Shown here one piece after another: positions 20,438 through 31,200 of a stretch of 64,000 nt of DNA. A model generated the notes under the pieces. It made no database searches. It was given only the letters and a program-made list of their open reading frames with translations, and was not told where the DNA came from. Positions within the stretch are counted from its first letter, which is position 1; every line of letters begins with the position of its first letter. A program made the position numbers and the translations under genes. The stretch is from Candidatus Latescibacterota bacterium (GTDB lineage: Bacteria > Latescibacterota > UBA2968 > UBA8231), in the NCBI GenBank assembly GCA_965243025.1, contig CBDETY010000003.1, forward strand, positions 4,352,001 through 4,416,000, written 5' to 3'.

Positions 20438-21826
20438 TCAATTGGCCGCGGACGGGCCGCCCCCGGCCGGCTCGAAATACTCGCGCGTAACCCTGAAGAC
20501 CATCGGCGCCAGCAGCAGCAGGCCGACGAGGTTGGGCACCGCCATCAGGCCGTTCAGCGTATCCGACAGGTTCCACACCAGATCCACCTTCACGTTGGCG
20601 AAACCCAACGCCGCCAGGACCCACAGCCCGCGGTAGACGAGCAGGCTCTTTTCGCCCAACAGGTACTGCCAGCAACGCTCGCCGTAGTAAGACCATCCGA
20701 GAATGGTCGTGAAGGCGAATACCGCCAGGGCGATGGTGACGATGTACTGGCCGCCGGCCATGGTGGTATGGAAGGCGGTGGATGTCAGCACGGCGCCGGT
20801 CAGGGCGCCGCCGTCCGCACCTGTCATCGTCCACGCGCCGGACGTGAGGATCACCAGCGAAGTCACCGTACACACGACAAGGGTGTCGATGAAGGTCCCG
20901 AGCATGGCGACGATGCCCTGCCGCACGGGGCTGTCGGTGCGTGCGGCGGCGTGGGCGATGGCGGCCGAGCCCAGGCCCGATTCGTTGGAGAACACCCCCC
21001 GCGCCACGCCGAAGCGGACGGCCGCGGCGACCGCGGCTCCGCCGAAGCCGCCGGCCGCGGCCGCGGGGGTGAACGCGTGGGTGAAGATCAAGCCGAAGGC
21101 CGCCGGCACCTCGGCGATGTTGAGGAGGACGATCAGGACCGCGGCACCCAGATAGAGCACGATCATGGCCGGCACCAGCCTGCCTGCGACCTCCCCGATC
21201 CGCCGGATTCCGCCGATGATGACAACGGCAACCAGTACGGCGACAACCACGCCCGTCAGCCAGACCGGCAACCCGAAGCTGTCCCCCAGCGCGGCCGCCA
21301 TCGAGTTGACCTGCACGGCGTTGCCGATGCCGAAAGCGGCCACGGCGCCGAACAGGGCGAATCCCAGCCCCAGCCACTTGCCCAGTTCGGGGGCGAAGTC
21401 GCCGACGCCGTTGCGCAGGTAGTACATCGGTCCGCCGACGTACTTGCCCGACTTGTCGACCTCGCGGTAGGTGACGGCGCATACCGCTTCGGCGTACTTG
21501 GTGGCCATGCCGAACAGCGCGATCAGCCACATGTAGAAGATCGCCCCCGGACCTCCCAGCGCGATGGCCGTGGCGACGCCGGCGATATTCCCGGTGCCGA
21601 CGGTTGCCGACAGGGCGGTCATCAGCGCGTTGAAGGGCTTGACCTCGCCGGCGCCGCCGGGGTCGCTCCGGTCGAAGAGCAGCCGGAATCCGTACCCCAG
21701 CTTGCGCCACGGCATGAACACCAGACCCAGGGTCAGGAGCAGGCCGGTGACCCCCAGCATGCTGAGCATGGGCGGGCCCCAGACAAAGGCGTTGATCGAA
21801 TCGATGAACGAGTTCAGTCGGTCCAT
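20438..21826 (-). CDS. Sodium:alanine/glycine symporter (AGCS family)
   Basis: ATVGTGNIAGVA, GGPGA.FYMW, GGPMYY, FSNESGLGS; RBS GGAG. Confidence 0.92.
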   Translation of the reverse strand: MDRLNSFIDSINAFVWGPPMLSMLGVTGLLLTLGLVFMPWRKLGYGFRLLFDRSDPGGAGEVKPFNALMTALSATVGTGNIAGVATAIALGGPGAIFYMWLIALFGMATKYAEAVCAVTYREVDKSGKYVGGPMYYLRNGVGDFAPELGKWLGLGFALFGAVAAFGIGNAVQVNSMAAALGDSFGLPVWLTGVVVAVLVAVVIIGGIRRIGEVAGRLVPAMIVLYLGAAVLIVLLNIAEVPAAFGLIFTHAFTPAAAAGGFGGAAVAAAVRFGVARGVFSNESGLGSAAIAHAAARTDSPVRQGIVAMLGTFIDTLVVCTVTSLVILTSGAWTMTGADGGALTGAVLTSTAFHTTMAGGQYIVTIALAVFAFTTILGWSYYGERCWQYLLGEKSLLVYRGLWVLAALGFANVKVDLVWNLSDTLNGLMAVPNLVGLLLLAPMVFRVTREYFEPAGGGPSAAN

Positions 21827-21973
21827 TTCATCTCCAGGAGATCGGCGGCGCGGGCGCAGAAGACACGGTCGGCCGGCACCGGCATCGGTGTATGGGGAAA
21901 CCAGGTCACCTTCCGGGACTCTCTGTCGAGGCACCGGACACACGCAAGGGGGGCGGAGTGAGCGCGCTGAAAA

Positions 21974-23344
21974 TCATCTGCACGCCTTCCTGAACTGCGA
22001 GCCGTACAAGATGGTCCCGTAATAGTTGAACCACCTTTTCGCCGCAGGATCGTCGAAGGGGTATTCCGCGCCGAGCTGTCTTGCCGCGGCGAGCCCGGTG
22101 ACCAGGCAGGTTTCCTGGCTGTTGATCAGCGTGTGAGCGCCGCAGTGCCACGTTCGTCTCCTGCCCTGGATGAAGCGGAACAAGCTCACGAGCAGCGCAA
22201 CGTGGCGCACGTCGTGGACGATGTGCTGGAACGACAACCTCCTGACGACCTTTCCCTCGTCGATCGGGCTGACTGGATTGTAGGTCACCAGGCAGGGCCT
22301 GTCCGAGCGATTCGCCCACGGCTGCTGGTTGTGCATGATGTAGGTGATTTCATAGTTGTCCGGTCTCGCGCCGTACTGCTCGATATGGTTGCTCCGCGTT
22401 TCCAGGGGCTTCACCTCGTTGTCCGGAAGAACCGAGGAGTCGGAGTGGACGACCGCCCGGTGGTGGAGCTCGGTATCGTAGCGTATCGACGAGAGAATCC
22501 GGCGCTCGAGAAACGTCGGCTTGTCGAGGATAGCCAGCGTATGGTTCGCGTTGCATGCCAGAATCACCTCGTCGAACTCCTCCCGAATGCCCTCTTCGTC
22601 CTCGACCACGACGCGGGACGACTGCCGGTACACCTTCCGGACAGGCCGGTTGAGGCAGATCCGGTCCCTGAAGTCAGCGCACAGATTTTCGTAGATGCGC
22701 CGGGTTCCCTGGTCCCAGGTGTTCATGGGCGTGGCGGATTCGATATCGAAGAATTGGAGATACCTCGCGAAGAGGGATGCCGGCATGGCGAACACATCGG
22801 TCGCCATCAGGAAATTGACGAACATCGGCTTGAGGATCTTGTACCTGAAGTCGTCGGAAAATCCCCCCAGGTTCAGAACCGTCCCCATGCTGATGTAGTT
22901 GAACGGGTCGAGGGCGTTGAGCAGCTTCGACCGGGAACGGCTCAGCCAGCCGATCCGGTGCAGGCGCCTGAGGACCCGCTGGAACTTCGCAATTTCTGGT
23001 TGCAGCTGCTTCCTGATGTCTGAATCGAAATCGTGGGCGTATACACGGCCGCCGTACTTCACGCTGTAGCTGAACCGGGTAGCGATCAGCTCGATGCCGA
23101 ACCTTTCCATCAACAGCAGGATGTGGTGATACACCGACGGGATACAGGCAGTGACGGATATGTCGAAGGGAATCGAGCTGCCGTCGTTCTGGGGCATATC
23201 GGCTGTAACCGCGTTCCCGCCGACCTGTTCCCCGGCCTCGAACAGCCTGAAATCGAAACGGTCCGGGTGATGGTGCAGCGCCCATGCGGCACCCAGCCCC
23301 GAAACACCTCCGCCTACAATGGCAATCCTCCGCGGCATCGTCAT
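21974..23344 (-). CDS. FAD-dependent oxidoreductase (COG2907-like)
   Basis: IAIVGGGVSGL.AA, FEA...GG, IQG.RRTWHCGA. Confidence 0.8.
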   Translation of the reverse strand: MTMPRRIAIVGGGVSGLGAAWALHHHPDRFDFRLFEAGEQVGGNAVTADMPQNDGSSIPFDISVTACIPSVYHHILLLMERFGIELIATRFSYSVKYGGRVYAHDFDSDIRKQLQPEIAKFQRVLRRLHRIGWLSRSRSKLLNALDPFNYISMGTVLNLGGFSDDFRYKILKPMFVNFLMATDVFAMPASLFARYLQFFDIESATPMNTWDQGTRRIYENLCADFRDRICLNRPVRKVYRQSSRVVVEDEEGIREEFDEVILACNANHTLAILDKPTFLERRILSSIRYDTELHHRAVVHSDSSVLPDNEVKPLETRSNHIEQYGARPDNYEITYIMHNQQPWANRSDRPCLVTYNPVSPIDEGKVVRRLSFQHIVHDVRHVALLVSLFRFIQGRRRTWHCGAHTLINSQETCLVTGLAAARQLGAEYPFDDPAAKRWFNYYGTILYGSQFRKACR

Positions 23345-23575
23345 CGCCTCGCCGGTTTCCTGCGACGTCAGGTCACGCTGGACGTCTGTTCCCCCCGGGG
23401 CTTGCCGGAAGGCAGCAGGTCACTTCCATGTAACTGGCGAACCCACAGGCAATCGGCTCCATCCCTCTCGGAATAAGAAGCCGTCCGAAAACCCCCCGTA
23501 CGCCTCGTGCTCCAGGCATATCAGGGGTCTCCAGACGGCTTCCCGGGCTGACGCTTCCCGCCCGACCGTTTCGCC

Positions 23576-25216
23576 CTATTTGAGGTATAGCAGCCGGCGC
23601 GTCTGCACCCCGCCGGGATAGCTCAGGCGGGCGATGTAGATTCCCGACGACAGCGAGACGCCCTGCTGGTCGCGGGCATCCCACTCAACCTTGTAGGAGC
23701 CGGCGGCCTGGAACTCGTCGACCAGCGTTCGCACCGGCTGGCCCAGCACGTTGTAGACCGCCAGCTGCACCGGCCCGGAGCTGGACAGGCGGTAGGCAAT
23801 CTGCGTGGAGCTGTTGAAGGGGTTGGGCGCGTTGGGCGCCAGCCCGCCGGCCGCTGCCACTGCCTTGGCCGCGGCCATTGGTTCGACGCGTACGACCCTC
23901 ATTCCGCCGCCCAGGGTCAGTTCCAGGACCTGGCGTTTGTCGCGGTTGAGGGGAATGCTGTTCCACTGACCGACGACTTCCCCGGTGGCGTTGCGGGCCC
24001 GGGCCTGGTAGAAACCGCTAACCTGCCTGACGCTGGAAATGGTCAGGGATACCTGGCCGTCGGCATCGGTGAATGCGTTCCAGGCGAAATTGCGGGAACG
24101 GCCGGCGACTGCGCGGGAAAACTCGACCGCCAGCCCCTCGACGGCGTCGCCCAGGACCGTGACCTCCACTTCCGTACGGGTAATGTGTCTCAGGTCACTG
24201 CCGGGGTCCCCGGTATAGAACCCGGCACCGAGGACATATTCCCGACCCTGGAACGTGAACAGCTCGGCATAGCCCACCTTGGGAGAACCGATGTCTTCGT
24301 CTCCCGTCACCGCCGGATCGTCGAAGTAATACTCGACGAAGCCGCCGCCCTCCCTGGCCACCTTGATGAGCTCCTGGGCAACCTTGACTCCGTGGATATC
24401 CTCCCAAGGGGTGGCATCCCTCAGCTCCCGCGCCCGGTCGGCGCCGTGGAAGATTACATGGCCCTCGGTGGTGAAAAGAAAGAAATAAATGGAACCCTTC
24501 CTCCAGGGCCCTCCTTCTTCCCTGAAGATATCAAAATGGGGCAGGAGCTCATCGAGCGTGAATTGTTCCAGGGCCTTGTCATAACTCTCTATCGAGCCGT
24601 GTACAAAAGCCCTGAGGGTTTCCCGGTCCACCACGTCGGCGGCCGTAACCTCGGGGGGGTCAAAGATCGACGGATCGAAGGTTGTCGGGACGGCATGCGA
24701 GGGGTCCTGGTAATAGCCGCCGATCAGCACCACCGTGGTAGCCGTCGTTCCGGAGGTATAGCTGGTGGCGTAGGCGGTCTTGGCGGTCTCTTCGTCCCCC
24801 TCCTGCTCCGGATCGTCCCAGTAATACTCGACGTGGCCTCCGCCCATCCCGGCTGCCGCCAGAAGGGCTTGCACGACCTTGTTCCCACGGTCGTCTTCTG
24901 CTTCGTACAGGCTCTGGCCGTTCACAGTCGGGTCATCTGTGTGAATGATCACCGTGCCGTTCGGCAACATGAGGATGAGGTAGGTGTTCCCGTGCTTCCA
25001 GTCGCCCTCGGTACTGATGGCGCCCACATAGGCCGGGAAATCGTTGGGATCGGTAAACGTCGCCGACCATTCCCGTGCGGCTTCCACGAACGCCTCCAGC
25101 GTTTCCGCGTCCACCACGTCGCCGGCCGTTACTTCCGGGGTCTGGCCTGGGGTGGGACAGGTGGCGACGAAGAGGGCGGCCAACCCCGACATGAGTGCTG
25201 CGGTCAGATGCTTCAC
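23576..25216 (-). CDS. Secreted protein: two Cache domains, an Ig-like domain and a FlgD-Ig C-terminal domain
   Basis: GTG at 25216 after AAGGAG; two repeats VTA.DVVD.ETL.AFV...GGG.VEYY.DDP; NAPNPFN...YNVLGQ.VRTL...WDARD. Confidence 0.8.
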   Translation of the reverse strand: MKHLTAALMSGLAALFVATCPTPGQTPEVTAGDVVDAETLEAFVEAAREWSATFTDPNDFPAYVGAISTEGDWKHGNTYLILMLPNGTVIIHTDDPTVNGQSLYEAEDDRGNKVVQALLAAAGMGGGHVEYYWDDPEQEGDEETAKTAYATSYTSGTTATTVVLIGGYYQDPSHAVPTTFDPSIFDPPEVTAADVVDRETLRAFVHGSIESYDKALEQFTLDELLPHFDIFREEGGPWRKGSIYFFLFTTEGHVIFHGADRARELRDATPWEDIHGVKVAQELIKVAREGGGFVEYYFDDPAVTGDEDIGSPKVGYAELFTFQGREYVLGAGFYTGDPGSDLRHITRTEVEVTVLGDAVEGLAVEFSRAVAGRSRNFAWNAFTDADGQVSLTISSVRQVSGFYQARARNATGEVVGQWNSIPLNRDKRQVLELTLGGGMRVVRVEPMAAAKAVAAAGGLAPNAPNPFNSSTQIAYRLSSSGPVQLAVYNVLGQPVRTLVDEFQAAGSYKVEWDARDQQGVSLSSGIYIARLSYPGGVQTRRLLYLK

Positions 25217-25326
25217 GATGCTCTCCTTTTTGGGGGAAGTTGAGGAGGATGTGAATGAAATGCGCTTCGCTGCAGGACGGCAAGGCGTAAGGTACGCCAC
25301 TTCTTCGAAGATAGTTCCCCTCCATT

Positions 25327-26451
25327 CTACCAATCCACGACCGACCCGTCCTCGGGGTCATGGCTGACTCGACAGGGCCCCGGGTCCCCGACCAGGTCCA
25401 TGAGCCTGTCTTCGTCGATGGTGATGCCGAGGCCGGGATCGGTGGGCACGGGTCGATGGCCGTTGGCGACCGGTGCCAGGGGTTTGGCGAGCAGGTCCTC
25501 GTATTCGTTGTCGCCGCGCTCCTGGATCAGAAAGTTGGGAATGGCGGCGGCGATCTGCAGGCTCGCGGCGAGCGAACAGGGACCTTGCGGGTTGTGCGGG
25601 GCCAGCGGCGAGTAGTAGGCCTCGGCCATGCCGGCGATGATCTTCAGTTCGGTGATGCCGCCGGCATAGCAGACATCCGGCTGCAGGATGTGGGCGGCGC
25701 GCTTTTCGAGGATCTCCTTGAACCCCCACTTGGTAAAGATGCGCTCGCCGGTGGCGATGGGGATGTGGGTCTTTTCGGCGAGCTCGGCCATGACGTCGAC
25801 GTTCAGGGCCTGCACGATTTCCTCGTAGAACCAGGGATGATACGGTTCGAGCGCCTTGATGAGCAGCATGGCGGTAGGAGGTTGCACCGCGCCGTGAAAG
25901 TCAACTGCAATATCCACGCCGGAGCCGTGCTGTTCGCGAAGCGCCCTGAAACGCTCGACGATCTCGTCGACGAATTTCTGCCCCTCGATGTACTTGAAGG
26001 GAGACCGCGACGTGCCCGGCCCCACCTTCATGGCGTTGACCCCGGTCTTCTCGCTCACCTCGCCGTAAACCCGAATCCGCTCGCGCGTGGGGCCGCCGAG
26101 CAGCTTGTACACGGGCACGCCATGGCATTTTCCGGTGATGTCCCAAAGGGCCATGTCGATGCCGGAGGAGATGGCGGTTTTGATCGGGCCGCCGCGATAG
26201 AAGGCGCCGCGGTGGATGGCCTGCCAGTGGTGGGTGACCGGGCGGGGATCCTTGCCCACCAGATAGCCGGCGACCTCGAGCGCGCCGGCGGCGCAGGCCC
26301 TGGCGTCGTCCTTGAGCATCTCGCCCCAACCGGTGATGCCCGCATCCGTCGAGATCTTTACGAAGACCCAGGAGTTTCTGAGAACGAACGTCTCGATCCT
26401 GGTGACCTTGATCGCATCGTTGGGTCCGACAAGGGCTTCGGTGCCCGACAT
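25327..26451 (-). CDS. Galactonate-dehydratase-like enolase-superfamily enzyme
   Basis: SGIDMALWDI, VDFHG, YEE, ATGER, QPD, APHNP. Confidence 0.85.
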   Translation of the reverse strand: MSGTEALVGPNDAIKVTRIETFVLRNSWVFVKISTDAGITGWGEMLKDDARACAAGALEVAGYLVGKDPRPVTHHWQAIHRGAFYRGGPIKTAISSGIDMALWDITGKCHGVPVYKLLGGPTRERIRVYGEVSEKTGVNAMKVGPGTSRSPFKYIEGQKFVDEIVERFRALREQHGSGVDIAVDFHGAVQPPTAMLLIKALEPYHPWFYEEIVQALNVDVMAELAEKTHIPIATGERIFTKWGFKEILEKRAAHILQPDVCYAGGITELKIIAGMAEAYYSPLAPHNPQGPCSLAASLQIAAAIPNFLIQERGDNEYEDLLAKPLAPVANGHRPVPTDPGLGITIDEDRLMDLVGDPGPCRVSHDPEDGSVVDW

Positions 26452-26523
26452 GGAGTACTCCCCCCTAGCTATGGGCGCGGCCCGCGAACGGAGGATGTTC
26501 CCGCAACAGCGCCCATCGTCTCT

Positions 26524-28089
26524 TCAGCGCATGAGATCGGCGATGCGCTCGCCGATGGCCATCGAGGTGACGTTGGTGTTGGCGCGCACGCAGTCGGGCA
26601 TGACGGCCGCGTCGGCGACGCGCAGGTTTTCGATGCCGTGCACCCGGCCGTACTGATCGACGACGGCCATCGCGTCGCTCGCCGGTCCCATCTTGCAGGT
26701 CGAGGAGACGTGGTGGCTGGTGCCCACTTCGCGCCGCATCCACTCGTCGAGGGCGTCGTCGGTGTCGAGCTCGGCGTCGGTGGGGCCGATGCGCCCGGCG
26801 ACCAGGGAGTCGAGTGCCTCGTGTTCGAGCAGGTCGACGATGATGCGGACGGATTCGCGCAGCCGGCGGCAGTCCGAGGGCTCGGCCAGGTAGTTGTAGT
26901 CGAGCACGGGCTGCACGTGGGGGTCGGTGGAAGCCAGTTCGAGTTTCCCCTGCCCCTCGGCGAGGTAGATGCAGGCGACCAGGTAAAACCCCAGAGGTCT
27001 GGAATACGACGAGGCGTAGTAGCCCTCCTCGGTGGCAAAGGAGGCCGGGATCACGAACATGTCGTTGCGCCAGTCCGATCCGGCGGCGGTGTAGCGCAGG
27101 CCGATCTGCAGCCGGGGCTCCGTGCCGTCGCCGAGGTACTCCTCCTTTGCCCGCAAAGTCACGCTCACCTGCGGATGGTCGCGCAGATTCCGGCCGACGC
27201 CTGGAAGGTCGCAGACCACGTCGACGCCCATTGCCTCCAGGTGCGCGGCCGGCCCGACCCCCGACAGCAGGAGCAGGTGCGGCGAGCCTATAGCCCCGCC
27301 GCAGAGGACGATCTCTCCGCCGTGGACCGTCGACAGGGCGCCGCCGCGCTCGACGAGCAGGCCGGTGGCGCGCCGGCCGTCGAAGAGCACGCGGTGGACG
27401 TGGCTGTCGGCCTGGATGGTGAGGTTGGGGCGCCCGCGGGCCGGGTCGAGGTAGCCGATGTTGGAGCTCCAGCGAATGCCCTCGGGGTTGTTGAGAGCCA
27501 GGGGGCCGACGCCGGTTGAAGCAGGGTCGTTGTGATCGGGGCAGTCGGGGTAGCCGGCGGCGAGCGCCGCCTCGTAGAAGGCGCGGTGCTCGGGGTTGAG
27601 CTCGTGATCCCTGAACCGCCGCGCGCGGATGGGGCCGTCGGCGCCGTGGTAGGGGGCGTCGCCGTAGTCGGGGTCGGATTCGAGGCGGCACAGGAAGGGC
27701 AGCAGGGCGTCGTGGCTCCACAGGTCGTTGCCCGCCGCCGCCCACGAGTCGTAGTCCTCGGGCACTCCCCGCAGGAAGATCTGCGCGTTCACCGCACTCG
27801 AGCCGCCGACGATTTTCCCGCGCGGCACGAACATGTCGGGGCGCAGGTCGGTTGCGCGGGCGCGGTACTCCCAGCCGAACCGGGTGCCCGCGCCGAAGGC
27901 GCGATCCCAGATATTGCGGTCGCGCCCGTAGGCATGGCGGATCTCCTCGGGCAGGTCTTCTACCGCGGGGAAATCCGGCCCGGCCTCCAGCAGCAGGACC
28001 GAGCGGCTCGGATCTTCGCTCAGCCGCGCCGCAAGCGCCGCTCCCGCCGCTCCGGCCCCGGCAATGACGACATCGCAAGGCGCAGACAT
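26524..28089 (-). CDS. GMC-family oxidoreductase (choline-dehydrogenase-like)
   Basis: GAGAAG, RGKIVGGSSAVN, GRNLRDHP, HH.SSTCKMG, NTN. Confidence 0.9.
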   Translation of the reverse strand: MSAPCDVVIAGAGAAGAALAARLSEDPSRSVLLLEAGPDFPAVEDLPEEIRHAYGRDRNIWDRAFGAGTRFGWEYRARATDLRPDMFVPRGKIVGGSSAVNAQIFLRGVPEDYDSWAAAGNDLWSHDALLPFLCRLESDPDYGDAPYHGADGPIRARRFRDHELNPEHRAFYEAALAAGYPDCPDHNDPASTGVGPLALNNPEGIRWSSNIGYLDPARGRPNLTIQADSHVHRVLFDGRRATGLLVERGGALSTVHGGEIVLCGGAIGSPHLLLLSGVGPAAHLEAMGVDVVCDLPGVGRNLRDHPQVSVTLRAKEEYLGDGTEPRLQIGLRYTAAGSDWRNDMFVIPASFATEEGYYASSYSRPLGFYLVACIYLAEGQGKLELASTDPHVQPVLDYNYLAEPSDCRRLRESVRIIVDLLEHEALDSLVAGRIGPTDAELDTDDALDEWMRREVGTSHHVSSTCKMGPASDAMAVVDQYGRVHGIENLRVADAAVMPDCVRANTNVTSMAIGERIADLMR

Positions 28090-28118
28090 TAAAAATCACC
28101 GCAGATATTAAAAATCAC
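28081..28118. repeat. 19-bp tandem duplication spanning the GMC gene start codon
   Basis: cgcagacattaaaaatcac / cgcagatattaaaaatcac, one mismatch. Confidence 0.9.
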
Positions 28119-28267
28119 CATTGTTCGACCCGATCCTTAATATAGCCCCCTGAAACACGACGGCAGTCCAGGAGGCGTTACTCGGGGGCATCCGGCATGA
28201 GATGCTTCGACTCCGCTTCTGCGGTCGTGACACACCTTGAATTTCAACTGCTGCAAGGGAGGCGGCC

Positions 28268-31200
28268 ATGCTCCACAAAACCAGGAATCTCGTGGAGGAC
28301 TGGCGGAAGGGGGACGCGGAGAAGCTCGCCGCATTCGAGATGGAGGCGGATACCGCCTGGCCGGGAGGGGGGGGTTGGCAGACGACCGCGGACGAACAGG
28401 AGCGGGAAATCCGCGAGAGCAGCCTGCTGGGGGCCTTTGTCACCGAGAACGAACGGAGGATCGTCAGCATCTGCACGATCCGGGCGAAGCCGGGGCAGAA
28501 GGCGAATGCATTCATCCCGTACCTCAACTGCCATCCGGAGTACCACGGGAAGAAGCACGGGAAGTCCGTGCTCCAGGCCGCCCTGGACCGCGCCTGCGAG
28601 GCGGGATTCCAGCGCGTCGATCTGTACACCTGGTCGGGGAACCTGAAGGCCGTTCCCCTGTACAAGAAGATGGGTTTCATGTGGCGGCCGGACTCGGCCG
28701 TGCACATGGAGAACTTCACCCCCGCCGCCCGCCGGAATCCGCTCGCTGCCGTTTTCTTCGCCAGGCACGACTGGTACGACACCCAGGTGCGGAAGCTCGA
28801 GCTGGAAGAGGACGTGATGACCCGGGGGAATGTGAAGGTTTACGAGTACCTCTGGCGGGCCCCGGACGGCGATTTCCTCAGGCTGGTGTTCGACCGCCAG
28901 AGCTGGGGGATCATCGAGATCGAGAACAGCGACCTGTCGGCGTCGTGCAGCCTGTCCGACGAAAAACTGGTCGCGGGCGTCCCCCACCCGGTCCGCTGGC
29001 GGATCGTGAACAAGAAGCCGGATCCGGTTCGCGTCTCTCTCACCGCCTCGGGGGATCCCGGTGTCCAGGTCGAGATGCGCGAGACGCTGGAGGTGGCGAA
29101 CGCCGCCGAGCTCGAGGGGACGTTCGCGATCGATCCCGACGTCCAAGAGAAAACACACGCTCCAAAAGCGGCGTTGCTGCGGACCGACCTGGAGATCGAC
29201 GGCGTCCGGGTCGAACTCACGGCCGGGATCGCCGTTCGCCAGGCGGTGGACGTTTCCATCGATGTTGTTCGCTCGACACTGGAACCCGGCACCCCTCAGG
29301 AAGCGCTGCTGACCCTGCGGTCGAACCTGGAGGAGGCGTGTGAGGCGCGGCTGCGGGTGACGCCGGCGGCAGGCGGGGATGCGAGCGAGCACAGGGTGGC
29401 GCTCGATCCGAAGGGTGGAGCCGAGTTCCCGGCGCCGGTGACGGCTTCGCAGGCCGGGCCGGTTGCGCTGGACGTCGAGACCAGCGCCGCGGCGGGCGGA
29501 AAGACGGTACCGGTAAAAACCAAGCGGATCGACCTCCTCGCCGTCGAGCGGGGCGGCGTCTCCGGAGGCGTCGGGGAGGAGGGCGCCCTGCTCTGCGGAG
29601 GCGGGCTGATGGTGAGCGCCGGCCTGCGCAGCGGACAGGTCTCGATCTTCCACAGGCTGCGGGCGCTGAGGTCCCGCAGGATGGACCTGCACCGCCCGCA
29701 GCTCGGACCCCCCTTCGCGGGAGACGATCTGTTTCAGGAGAAGGCCGAGGCGTCGGTCGAACGGGATGCCCTCGGAGTCGTGCTCCGCCTGCGGACCCGG
29801 TCCGTGCTCCGGCCCGGTGTGACGCTGGAAAGGCGGATCGCCGTGGGGCAGGGCCCGCTGGTCCGCGTGTCGGATACGGTAACCAACGGCTCGACCCTGC
29901 CGCTGGACCTGTCGCTGGTGCAGGGTTGGGGGGTGAGGACAGGCCCCGGGGCGTCCTATGTCGTGCCCCGGAAGCAGGGGGTGTACCGGCAGGCCGCCGG
30001 TTCGGGAGGGCGCGAAATGGACAGTCTCAGGCTTCCCGAAGAAGGGAAGGCGTGGCCTGAGGGATGGATCTGCGCCGAGAGAGAGGATGGCTGCGCCGCC
30101 GGATTGCTCTGGGACCGGGCCGAGAGGGTGCCCGGCCCCTGGGGAAGTCTGCGGCTTCCGGCAGGGCGTTTGCAGCCGGGCGAGTCAAAGCAGCTCGACC
30201 CGGTTTACGCCTTCGCAGGGGACGGGAACTGGCAGACGGTCCGGGCCTGGTGGCGGACCCTTTTCGGCAGCGTTCCGGAAATCGAGACGTCCGCCGCGCC
30301 GACGCACAGACCGATCGAGTTCGGAGTCGAGCCAGGTCCGCTGCTGATCGCAGGCGGGATGGCCGAAGCGACCCTGCGCATCGGCCACGTCGGCGAACAC
30401 CGGCTCGACGGCGAGCTCGTTCTGGAAGAATCCCCCGGTCTGCGCCCGGACGTTTCCTCCGTCAAGGTTTCCGGGCTCTGCGAGTCCAGTCCGGTCGTCA
30501 GGAAGGTGGAGTTTCATGCCGCCGGACGGGCCCGGCCGGAAACGGAGGAGATCGGTGCGCGATTCGAGACCGGGGAGGCGGTCTACCGGTATTCCGCAAG
30601 GGCGCTGATCCTGCCCCGGAACCCACGCGAGGTGCGGGTGTCGCGCCAGGAGAAGGGGCGCGTGATCGTTGTAGACAACGGGATTCTGACGGCGAAGGTG
30701 TCCCCTTCCTTCATGGGGTCCGTCATCTCCCTGCAGCGGGAGGGCCGGGAGTATCTCAACAGTTCCTATCCGGACACCGTCCCCCGCGGCTGGATGAATC
30801 CCTGGCACGGCGGCATCTCCCCCGCGTACGACCGGCTGGAGGATACGCTCTGCAAGGAACGGTTCCGCTACCGCGTGATCGAACGCAAAGGCCGCCAGGG
30901 GCTGGTATGGCGCGGGGTGCGCGTCCATTGCCGCATCGCCCAGGAACATGCCCGCGGCCAGTCGATCGCATTCGAGTACCTGCTGGCTCCCGGCGCCGAC
31001 GTGCTCGCGATTCTGCCAGGCTGCCGCGACGAGCTCGGAATCAGCGCTTCCGGGGACGTGGGCTTCCACATCTGGCCGGGGTTCGCCGCCTCACCCGGGA
31101 CCGCGTCGTTCTACAACGCAACCGATGAGTCGATCACCCCGCTGGCCGCGCCCCACTGGTCCTGGGCCGGGCGCTGGAACTGGGGCGGGATCGTGGGAAA

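Noticed and set aside
21827-21973. Glycine riboswitch before the alanine/glycine symporter
   Set aside because: The conserved GGAGA / CCGAAG / CTCTCAGG elements are not found in order
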